From Anolis carolinensis (Eukaryota): a stretch of DNA of 64,000 bases. Position 1 is the first letter of the stretch, and each line of letters starts with the position of its first letter. The position numbers were made by a program, and so were the translations under genes. The notes beneath the pieces are model-generated. The model ran no database searches. It was not told where the DNA came from and was given only the letters and a program-made list of their open reading frames with translations. The DNA lies in assembly GCF_035594765.1 (NCBI RefSeq), contig NC_085844.1, positions 35,851,923 through 35,915,922 of the forward strand, read 5' to 3'. Below are positions 52,979 through 64,000 of the stretch, piece by piece.

Positions 52979-55900
52979 TCACACTCTTGCGTAGATTCTG
53001 GTACAGGTAACATCATTCATGGTACATTCCTAGCAAATAAAGGGGGAAAAAAGGGATAGTACAAATGGTGTAGCCTTCAGTCCATTTCACAACAATGATT
53101 TGTGAGCTCATTTATTCTTGTGAAGTGTGAGATTTTGCTTGTCAAATGAGAAGCAGAGTCTACTTGGCTGTACAGTGAAATTCTTTACAATAAGATGTTC
53201 TAATTGACAACTGGGATGACTTTAAAGGAGGATTACACATATTAATAGGTCAAAATCATCAATAGTAACTTACCACAACTGCTATATATCTTCAGTGTTG
53301 GAGACAGTCACAACATGCCAGGAAACTGAGAAGGGTGCAATTGTATTCATGTACTACAAGTAGATTTCCCATAGGTAATGGACAGTCATTGAGTCAATAG
53401 ATTATTGAATCAGATAGGGTTTTCATCTGATCAAGCATAGCTTTTTTCTAATGTAAAGCTAGCAGCTCAGTTTTGATTAAAAAGTGAACTACTTTTCCCA
53501 GAAGAACACCCTGTGGCTAGCATCCTGGTAGTGACTAATACACCTTATGCCTGGATATGTGTATTGCCATTGCAGAAGTTGGAAATTTCTTCTACCTGAA
53601 CACTGGGGACCAAGCAATATAAAAGAGTGATCAGCACGGGGCGGTGGGAAGTTATCAAGGCCTTTTATCATGTTTGCAGCAGTTTTATTTGACTATGGGG
53701 AAGAGTTAACTGAATGCAATCTAACTTTTGCACTTGAAATGTATTTTGCAGTGAGTGAAGTGAGCTAAGAATCAAGAGAGAACATGTTAGGAGAAGAGAG
53801 AAACTGGAACACTAACTGGAAATGACCCTGCAAAATCAGGACACTTGAAGTGGAAAGGATTGGAAAAAAGTGAAATGAAATTGACATTTTTTTAAAATCT
53901 TTGTCTCCTCCAATCCAGCTAGAATACACAAAATCTACATTTCTCCCTTCTAACCTAGACTTGCAAGTGAAAGGGATATGCATGAGTGTGTGCACTTACA
54001 CATGCACACCTCTTATCTTCATATCTACCATCTAGGTGCTTTTTGTTGGTAAGATGTGTTTTCAACTGCAAAAAAGAAACAGCATCTCACAAATGCTGCA
54101 CACACAATGCTTTTCCTCAAACAAGGGGCACTAACACAGGCATTTAGACAGTTATACATTCAAATGCTGAAACTTTCCATGTTAAGAGGATCACATGATA
54201 GGGAAAAATATCTGCTTGAGAACTTGGAGATAACCTACCCATCAGCCCATAAGTGAGTGGCTTGTGTCATTTGGTGAATCTACTCCGACTTTTAACCTGA
54301 ACTTTAGAGGACTGTCCAAGAAGCTGATCCTATTCTAGACACAGTGCAAGCCACCTTAGCCTAAATCTAGGCAATAACCTGGAACAGATTCACCACTTCA
54401 CAGATACCCAAGCCACCATCTACCCCCTACATGGCACTTTTTAGAGAATGGAGACCAATCATCCAACACAATATAAGAAAGTTTCATAGATTCATTACCT
54501 TTCTGGGTATGTTTCATACACATATCAGCACAAAAGCCATTTAAAATTATGCCCTTAATGCAAGGATGGATAATTATAGGTGTCCTCCAGATGTGTTGGG
54601 CTTGGACTATATTTCCCATTAGCAACCAACATTCCTAGGTAAGCAAAGGCTAGGTAAGAAATAACTATCTGACCAAAATCAGTTAATTCTCCAATTCTCT
54701 GTGTCATTCATTGATACATGCACATGCACACACACACATTTTTTTCATGTCAGGAGCAACTTGAGAAAGTGCAAGTCGCTTCTGATGTGAGAGAATTGGC
54801 CATCTGCAGGGACATTGCCCAGGGGATGCCCAGATGTTTTGATCTTTTTATCATCCTTGTGGGAGCCTTCTCTCATGTCCCCGCATGAAGCTGGAGCTGA
54901 TAGAGGGAGCTCATCCGCACTCTCCCCGGTTGGATTCGAACTGATAACCTTCAAGTCATGAGTCCTGCCGGCACAAAGGTTTAATCCACTGCGCCACTGG
55001 GGGCTCTATACACACACATATGAGAGACAGATAATTAAGTGTTTTAAAATATTGGTTATAGTTTTCCAGGATGAACTAGGAGAAAGAAACTTACCACCAC
55101 CATATTCCCACCAACTAATTTTCTTTTGATAATCGTACATTTGTCACCCCACTTCTGGACTTTAGTCAGAGTACCGCCCTCCATCGTTACTATGCTCTAA
55201 AAAGAAATCAGAGAAGACCAGGGTTATGAAAAAAGAATGGAGTCAGGAAATGTTAGTTCTTAAGGCTGTGGCTCCCAGTGGCCTTATTGCTTGGTGGGAA
55301 TGCTGAGAATTGTAGTCCAAAAAGTAATGCTCTGGGAAAACATTTTCTTTCCATCTTCTTGTGAGTAAATGAACTATCAGTGTCACTTCCTTCCTCTGTC
55401 CAAATATTTATTTAACTAGAATTCTGATTATCAGCAGACTGCTGTCAAGATATTCCACTTCCTAAGTCATGAGAACAATTCCTAAAGGAGACAGCAAGTT
55501 TTACCTTGGCATGCCTGCAGTCCATTGTTGTTTCCTCAAACTCCTGGCCCAATCTGAAGGAGACTTCATTTACTTTAAAGATAGTTTCTGTTCTGATGGT
55601 GATGACATCTTTATTCTTGGTAATGACCACTGTGGGCTTGGCTAGACTTCCCAGCTTCCTTTGGGAATAGCATACTCCTAAGGATGAGTCAGAAAATAAG
55701 CCAGTGTGTAATGGGGCTAGCCTTTTAGATTGAGGGTGCATCTACACTGTTGAATTAATGTAGTTTGACACCACTTTAACTGCCATGCTTTGAGCTATGG
55801 CTACCTGGGAGCTACGGTTTACAAGGTCTTTAGCCTTCTCTGCCAAAGAGTTCTGGTGCATCACTAAACCACAAATCCCAATATTCCATAGTAATAATTA

Positions 55901-56902
55901 ACCCAACAGCGTAGATGCAGCCTTTGATTTGAAAAATCCAGGTTCTAATGCTCATTCACAGCAAAAGCATCAATTAAATATACATGGTGTCCCAAAAATG
56001 TATATAGTAGGCCTTACACTTTCACAGAGGTTAGGGGCACAAGACCTCTTCAAAAGCAGGAAAAAAACTCAAATAAAAAACCCTACTTTTTAAACCTGAG
56101 AGAATACCTCTTTAGGAATCTCTAGGTCCTCCAGTGAAATTACCGTATATGGTCAACTTCTGAAAAGTTGTGCATTATAAAATTGTACTGCAATTGAGCT
56201 ATGTTGGAGTTGTATTGGATTGCATTGCATTGCAACTGGCAGCAATACTATCAGTTTTCTACTGTGCAACTGGAGCTTGATTTATGTGACTCTTTGCACT
56301 GCCATTGCATGGCAAAAGCATGGATTGGATGGCCCTTGTGGTCTCCTCCAATTCCGTGATTCATATCTCCTAGAACAGGCAACATAACAGCATTTACACC
56401 AGTATAGGACACCAACTAGTATTTGTGAATATGAATTATGTGGTTGCAGTACATGGGCTATTATTAATCCCTACTGGAATAGGCCCACTGAATCAACTGG
56501 ATTTACATATGCATTCACTGGCCAGTCCATAATTAATTTAATGTATCTATCCAGCCTTAGCTGTGTGCATATTTATATGTAATCTCACAAGCAAACCTGC
56601 ATAATGTGTGTTGGAGAATTAAGAAACTTAAATTAGGCCCCATCTAAATAGTTTAAAATAGCTCAAGATCCTCCTGAGCTGTATAGGCTCTCAGTCCAAA
56701 TTAAACTTTATTTGTGACAAAGGAATCCCAAAACCAAGAAGGGATATTGACTAGATACCTTTATGGCCATCATGTCTACCCCTTAAAAACCAGCTGTTCC
56801 TTATTCTGCTATAAAACAGGCTTCCATACCTAGTTCTTTCATATATTCATCAAAGTTTTCACTAGAGATGAGCTTCCAGGTTCCCAAGAACTGCTCTGAC
56901 AT
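52979..56902 (-). CDS. Fatty acid-binding protein, PMP2/FABP12-like, 132 aa
   Basis: complement join(56830-56902,55505-55677,55095-55196,52979-53029), with canonical FABP exon sizes 73/173/102/51. Protein [138 protein letters not shown] (minus) at 52886-52891. Confidence 0.93.
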
Positions 56903-57058
56903 TATGGAAAGATGATTGAGAGAGACTTTCGGGAGTAAAGCTGCATGAAAACAACATGAAAATAGTGTTGGGTGATGAAAAAAAATCCTAAAACTCAAAG
57001 ACATGGCTATGATAGTCTGGAATATCAACATGAAAAGAGATCTTGAAGCACTTTAGAG

Positions 57059-57124
57059 CAGGCATGGGCAAACTTGGGCGTTTAAGTCCAAAACACCTGG
57101 AGCACCAATGTCTGCCCAGGCCTG
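57059..57124. mobile_element. Minimal hAT MITE
   Basis: CAGGCATGGGCAAAC TIR; TSD ctttagag/ttttagag. Confidence 0.75.
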
Positions 57125-57937
57125 TTTTAGAGACTAGCTGAGAGAACAAAGTTGGTGGCACAGGCTTTCAGGGTGGATCTACATTATGGAATTAATGTAA
57201 TTTGACATAACTACCATGGCTCAATGTCATGGAATCATGGAAGAGTAGTTTTCCAAGGTCTTTAGCCTTCTTTTCCAGAGAGAGCTGGGGCCTACTCAAA
57301 CTACAACTTTCAGGATCCCATCGCATTGAGCCAGGACAATTAAAGCGGCGCTGACACTACAGTGTAAAGCCAGCCTAAGTCTATGAAAGCTCATGCTACC
57401 AATTTCGTTCTCTGTTATCACTGCTCTACTTCAGTTTGCTGTGCTGCATTTGAATTGTTTGGTTATTTGTTACTTTGGCTTAAAAAAACACTGTTCAATA
57501 ACAGCAATATGTCTAACAACCCTGCTACTTGGTACTTACTTTACTTACTTGGTACACAATGTTTGAATCAGAGAATAGGAGTTAAAAGAGGATACATTAA
57601 GCATATTAGAGTAGTAGGAGACAGACAAACAGATCAAGATCCTTTGGCGTATTCACTATGGGATTGGGGGCTGTATAAGATCAGGAAAGGCTTCTAAACT
57701 ATAATGGACTATGTGTGTGTGTGTACACGTGTATATACATACATACATCATCAACTTCTGGTTATCCTCCAAACATTATTTTCAACCAATCTACATTTGA
57801 GCCAGAGCCAGCTAAAATATATGTGCACGCACGCACACGCACACACACATATACATGCATGCATACATATACACACATACACATACTCTAGCTGGCTCTG
57901 GCTCAAATGTATGTGTACACACACATATATACATATA

Positions 57938-58402
57938 CAGTAGAGTCTGACTTATCCAACATTCACTTACCCAACGTTCTGGATTATCCAATGCAATTTG
58001 CCTCCCGTCCCGATCCACAGCTGTTTCTCTAGACAGCAAGGATTGAACTTTTTATGGATTTAATTTCCGACAGTGTTGCTACTGTATTTTCATTTTATGC
58101 AATTCTATTTTTATTTGTAGTCAATTTGTTAGTAGCCAATTTTTTTAGTCAATGTTTTCAATATATTGTGATGTTTTGGTGCTAAATTCATAAATACAGT
58201 AATTACTACATAACTTTATCATGCTTTGGACTACTTTTTCTGGTGATTAGTTGTAAAACATAATGTTTTTGGTGCTTAATTTGTAAAATCATAATGTAAT
58301 TTGACGTTTAATAGGCTTTTCCTTAATCCCTCCTTATTATCCAACATATTTGCTTATCCAACGTTCTGCCAGTCCCTTTGTGTTGGATAAGTGAGACTCT
58401 AC
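57938..58402. mobile_element. Longer (~465 bp) variant of the Tc1/mariner MITE
   Basis: Same TIRs, inserted in a (TA/CA) microsatellite. Confidence 0.85.
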
Positions 58403-59895
58403 ATATATACACACACATACACTCACTCTCTCACTCTCTATCTCTTTCTCTCTAACTGGCTCTGGCTCAAATGTAGGTTGCATTGTTCAGAAGCCTTTCC
58501 TAATCTTATAAAGCCCCCAATCCCATAATGAAATGGGGTAATCAAAATTGATGATTTTCGTATGGAAGGACATATAGAATTATGTCTGGCATTACATTCC
58601 TCTAATCTGAGTTTTTGATACATGGAGAGAAGTGGGTAAAAATAAATGTATTATTATTGTTGTTATGTCCATCTGCCCAAGACATTATTTTCCAGTTTTC
58701 CATTTAAAAAAGAAAAAGAATGAATCCTACATAAGATTCTGCAATCCTCATGTTTGCCCACCATGCAATTAGGATTTATGTACAAAAACAGTCTTTAAAA
58801 AAAATCCAAGTTCCTATCAATTGAACGGCTGCAGAACAGACAGTAATTCAACAGGGCAGGTTTCTTCCAAAACTGTCTGCAATACACTTCTGAACAGAAC
58901 AGTGGCCTATGGGGACATATTGTTGTATATAAATAACATTTACAGCCCTGGGCCAAAGACGCAGCTTTCTTTAAAAATGCAGATAAACAGATGGGAACTA
59001 AAAGGGAACACATTAATGACATTAAGTTTTCCATCAGTTCCTAGAAAATGCTGACATTCCCCCAAAGATTACACTAAAATGTCACAATTTAAGACTTACT
59101 TACAGGCCTTGATGCCTTGGCACTGAAGTCTTCCCTTTCAAAATGGTGGCAAGAGCATATGTTTCCTAGTCTGGTGGAATTGGAGGAAAAAAATACAAAA
59201 TACATCTGCAGTAAACCCATTGGATCACTGACTCAACAAATGATTTCATTGGATACCAATGAGTTTGCACTCTAATGGTGGCTAACCATTGAGCTTCAAC
59301 TATCATATAAATATACAAAGTATAAGCAGAATGATTAAGTAAAAGCAAAATATAAGCCTACCTTTCAATGTCATGAATGTCTATCAGATTAACATTTTTT
59401 AAAATGTTTGGTTGGTAGCAGAGCGAAATGCAAGCTGCAATAGTATGGCAGAGAAGCAAAAATTAGCAAAATGGTTCTGAAAATTTGGAGAGGTTTTTAT
59501 AAAATGAAAAAAGTTTATGCAAAAAAAATATCAATTACTCCTCCTACACAGAATTAAAACATGTACAAAATAAAGCTGTAGTGATAGTATGTACTTTCCA
59601 ATAAGGACAAATTTACTTGCAGCACAATACAAAATGAATTTACTCCTGTCGCACTTTTGATACCAGGCAAGCCTTGCAAAGGATTGTAGACAGTGTAGAG
59701 TTTTTTCAAAAAAGGAAAACATCTTCCGTGTTCAAAGCACAGGAATGACACTCATGATGAAACACAGGCCAATTGTTTCCTGTTAGAATCTGTCTTTAAT
59801 TTTATTTATTTAGGATATTTATATACTGCCTTTCTTACCCCTAGGGGGACTCAAGGCAGTTTGCAACATATTAATGGCATGAATAAAATGCTAAC

Positions 59896-59898
<3 letters not shown>

Positions 59899-59938
<40 letters not shown>
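59899..59938. repeat. (TAA)n microsatellite
   Basis: Seen directly. Confidence 0.9.
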
Positions 59939-59939
<1 letters not shown>

Positions 59940-60133
59940 TCACTGACATATAACTATAAATTAAAACCATTAAAACCATTAATGATTTAAAGTTCCTAAG
60001 AGTTCAGTTGTTATCCTTAATATATATATATATATATAGGTAAAAGTCACATTCATTCCTTCTTTTAAGGATGTCTGTGTTATTGTCCCATAACCGTTTT
60101 GGCAATGGCCATTGTTAAGGAAATTATCACTTT

Positions 60134-60969
60134 GTTGCTGTGAGTTTTCCGGGCTGTATAGCCATGTCCCAGAAGCATTCTCTCCTGACATTTCACCCAG
60201 ATCTATGGCAGGCATCAGAAGTTGTGAGATCTGTTGGAAACTAGGCAAGTGAGTTTCATATATCTGTGGAAGGTACAGAGTGGGAGAAATAACTTTTGTT
60301 TGTTTGAGGCAAATGTGAATGTTGCAATTGGCTAGCTTGATTAGCATTGAATAGTCTGGCAGCTTCAAAGCCTGGCTGCTTCCTGACATGCTTGGGTGAA
60401 CCAACCTGAACACAGCATATTATTTGAGAACACAGAAATGCTGGACCACTCTAACAACCACCATGTCAGACTACACAGAGAAGCCACTGAAATCCACAAG
60501 AATGTGGACAATTTCAAAACAAAGGAGAAAACCATGAAAATGAACAAAATCTACCAGTATTTAAAAAACCTCTAAAATCAGAACAGTAAATAAAGAACAA
60601 CACTCAAAAACTGGGAAATTCCAGACAAGAAACAATCAGGGCCAGCTAATTGCCTCCCAACAAAGGATTCTCCCAGGCAGGGAGAAGCTGCAAGCTTTGA
60701 AGCTGCAAGGCTATTCAATGCGAATCAAGCTGGCCAATTGCAACATTCACATTTGCCTTAAACAGACAAGAGTTCTTTCTCCCACTGTGGACATTCCACA
60801 GATATATAAACCCCACTTGCTTAGTTTCCAACAAATCTCATAACCTCTGAGGATGCCTGCCTTAGATGTGGGAGAAACGTCAGGAGAGAATGCTTCTGTA
60901 ACATGGCCATACAGTCTGGAAAACTCGCAGCAACCCAGTGATTCTGGCCATGAAAGCCTCTGACAACAC
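60134..60969 (+). mobile_element. Penelope-like element with an inverted 5' pLTR
   Basis: 60134-60385 is the reverse complement of ~60670-60935; GIY-YIG C-terminal remnant at 60392-60545; 12-bp TSD aattatcacttt at 60122 and 60970. Confidence 0.88.
60844..60884 (+). ncRNA. Minimal type-I hammerhead ribozyme motif of the Penelope pLTR (partly decayed)
   Basis: cct-CTGAGGA-t-gcctgc..gtggga-GAAAC-GTC-agg. Confidence 0.6.
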
Positions 60970-61587
60970 AATTATCACTTTACTTCCTGTTTTTGTGTTT
61001 TCATTCATCTTATGAAAACCTACTCCTTGATTATTATAAGTCAAGAAACATTTCAAGCATGTTCCCAAGTAGATATTGTGCCATAATAAGCTTATTGGTT
61101 TTGTTGGATTTGTTGCAATAACATGGCTTGCTGTTCTGGAAATTATTTGTGATAAATGCTAGTACAGCTTATTATCTCTCAGCATATCTCTTAAACACTT
61201 TCTATATGTTTTTGTTTTGTTTTGTTTTGATTGGCAGCACCCTGTGCCTTTAAAAGCTGGACAGAATCTGTGATAGTAAAAAATAAATAAATCCCATGTT
61301 GAGAAAAAAGAGAGGGCCCATTAGTGAGGAAAGTGACATTTTTAAACTGATTTATCACAGTAATGTCTGCATTTCATGTATGATAACATCTCCTTTGCCA
61401 TTAGTTGGATGTGTGGGATGAAAAATACAGTGGGGCAGAGTTGGTGCAAACCACACCAGTTTTTTTATTGTGTCAGAAGTGACTTGAAAACATACTGCAA
61501 GTCGCTTCTAGTGTGAGAGAATTGGCAATCTGCAGAGACAATGCCCAGGGGATGCTTGGACGTGTTACCATCCTGCTGGGAGGCTTC

Positions 61588-62465
61588 ATAGAATCATAGA
61601 ATCATAGAATCATAGAATAGTAGAGTTGGAAGAGACCACATGGGCCATCCAGTCCAACCCCCTGCTAAGAAGCAGGAAATCGCATTCAAAGCACCCCCGA
61701 CAGATGGCCATCCAGCCTCTGCTTAAAAGCCTCCAAAGAAGGAGCCTCCACCACGGCCCCGGGGAGAGAGTTCCACTGTCGAACAGCTCTCACAGTGAGG
61801 AAGTTCTTCCTGATGTTCAGGTGGAATCTCCTTTCCTGTAGTTTGAAGCCATTGTTCCGTGTCCTAGTCTGCAGGGCAGCAGAAAACAAGCTTGCTCCCT
61901 CCTCCCTTTGACTTCCCTTCACGTATTTATACATGGCTATCATGTCGCCTCTCAGCCTTCTCTTCTGCAGGCTAAACATGCCCAGCTCTTTAAGCCGCTC
62001 CTCATAGGGCTTGTTCTCCAGACCCTTAATCATTTTAGTCGCCCTCCTCTGGACGCTTTCCAGCTTGTCAACATCTCCCTTCATCTGCGGTGCCTAAAAT
62101 TGGACACAGTATTCCAGGTGTGGTCTGACCAAGGCAGAATAGAGGGGGAGCAGGACTTCCCTGGATCTAGACGCTATTCCCCTATTGATGCAGGCCAGAA
62201 TCCCATTGGCTTTTTTAGCAGCCGCATCACATTGTTGGCTCATGTTTAACTTGTTGTCCACAAGGACTCCAAGGTCTTTTTCGCACACACTGCTGTCAAG
62301 CCAGGCATCCCCCATTCTGTATCTTTGATTTCCATTTTTTCTGCCGAAGTGAAGTATCTTGCATTTGTCCCTGTTGAACTTCATTTTGTTAGTTTTGGCC
62401 CATCTCTCTAGTCTGTCAAGATCGTTTTGAATTCTGCTCCTGTCTTCTGGAGTGTTAGCTATCCC
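61588..62465 (-). mobile_element. Young CR1 LINE 3' fragment
   Basis: Nearly open ORF2 C-terminus (IQNDLDRLERWAKTNKMKFNRDKCK..EAFKQRLDGHLSGVL) and a tail of about four ATTCTATG units; splits a SINE. Confidence 0.95.
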
Positions 62466-62591
62466 TTCTCTCATGTCCTCACAAACTAGAGCTGACAGAA
62501 GCTCACCCCATTTCACAGTTTTGAACTGCCAACCTTCAGATCAGGTACCCAACCTGCAGGCCAGCAGTTCAGTCGGCACAAGGGTTTAATC

Positions 62592-63345
62592 CAGTGGTTC
62601 TCAACTTTCGTAATGCAGCGACCCCGTAATGTAAATATATGATAAGCAGGATGTATTTTCATTCACTGGACCAAATTTGGCACAAATACCAGATACAAGC
62701 AAATTTGAATACTGGTGCAGTTGGGGAGATTGATTTTGTCCTTTGGGAGTTATAGTTGGTGGGATTTATAGTTCACCTAAAATCAAAGGGCATTCTGAAC
62801 TCCACCTACGATGGAATTGAACCAAACTTGGCACACAGAACTCCCACGATCAACAGAAAATACTGAAAGGATTTGGTGGGCATTGACCTTGAGTTTTGGA
62901 GTTGTAGTTCACCTACATCCAGAGAGCACTGATAATCCAAACAATGATGAATCCTCTGGACCAAAATTGGCACGAATACTCAATATGCCCAAATGTGAAC
63001 ACTGGTTGTGTATGAGGAAATTAGACCTTGACATTTGGGAGTTGTAGTTGCTGTGATTTATAGTTCAGCTACAATTAAAGAGCATTCTGAGCTCCACCAA
63101 TGATGGAATTGAACCAAGCTTGGCACACAGAACGCCCATGACCAAAAGAAAATACTGGAAGGGTTTGGTGGGCATTCACCTTGACTTTTGGAGTTGTAGT
63201 TCACCTACATCCAGAGATCACTGTGGACTCAGACAATGATGGATCTAGACCAAACTAAGACCATCAGAAATATGTGTTATCTGATGGCCTTTGATGACCC
63301 CCCTGACACCCCCAGGAGTCACAACCCCTAGGTTGAGAAACATTG
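62592..63345. mobile_element. hAT MITE (CAGTGGTTCTCAAC, SPIN-type TIR) with internal tandem duplications
   Basis: TIR cagtggttctcaac / gttgagaaacattg; TSD gtttaatc/gtttaacc. Confidence 0.88.
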
Positions 63346-64000
63346 GTTTAACCCATTGCTCCAGTGCGACTCCTATCACGCCGGGTGACATGATAAAAAA
63401 ATAACACTGAAACAACATAATTTTTTTTCAGTATTTCAACAGAAAATTGTGGTTTTTTAAAAAAAAAATATCCCAGATAAAACCACAAAAATATCTTTAA
63501 GTCCAGCTGACATGCACTGTATCAATATACCTACAAGGCTAACACTCTATGTTATTTTTTATTCTAATGCCCATGTGGATTAGTCAGAGCTATCAATTGC
63601 AATGATACTTTAATCACAGGGTTTTGTCTGCAAGCAGTGCAAACACGTGTTGTTTTTGTTGCTGCTGGCTTTTTAAAAAAATAGTTGCTGATTTTGTCAA
63701 TTTTATGTTATTTTAATTGTCATACGGTCTGGTATAGGAGAAGTTTGATGGAGGTTATTCCCTGAATTACTACACTGGGCAACATAAATTCTAGTCACAC
63801 CAGCAAAAGAAAAAAATAACCTAGAGTGTTTGGCCTTCTGTGTTGGTTGATTCTGTATATTTCTACTAAAAGGAAGGTCCTAAAGGTCATAATAATATTA
63901 AAGTGCACTCCACGTTGTTTTTCATTGAAGCCTCTTGTCAACACGATGGTGGCTTGACATTTAATTTAGAATACATGGCACCGCTGTGCATTTACTGAAT

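Overview
Eukaryotic, repeat-rich squamate DNA. Sauria SINEs, Penelope, Vingi, CR1 and many hAT/Tc1 MITEs suggest Anolis; the species is inferred. The window holds a conserved amniote gene block: CHMP4C exon 1 (-, 10037-10241) head-to-head with a complete 8-exon ZFAND1 (+, 14074-21379, 268 aa), then a complete IMPA1 (+, CDS 29400-38836, 278 aa). Two convergent 4-exon FABP-family genes follow: a strongly divergent FABP4-like paralogue (+, 44598-51325) and a Cys-rich PMP2/FABP12-like gene (-, 52979-56902). The best unexplained signal is a young 1153-bp solo LTR in ZFAND1 intron 5 whose U3 is an intact 137-aa acidic ORF carrying a close mimic of the LEDGF/TFIIS-N-terminal-domain binding motif (LRDIFAEPSDEDSFEGF). 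Other notable signals are a perfect 98-bp spacer-less palindrome 31 nt into CHMP4C intron 1, a FABP with a remodelled helix-turn-helix portal, and Penelope hammerhead-ribozyme cores. Exons were read by hand from splice sites and remembered orthologue sequences; no database searches were run.
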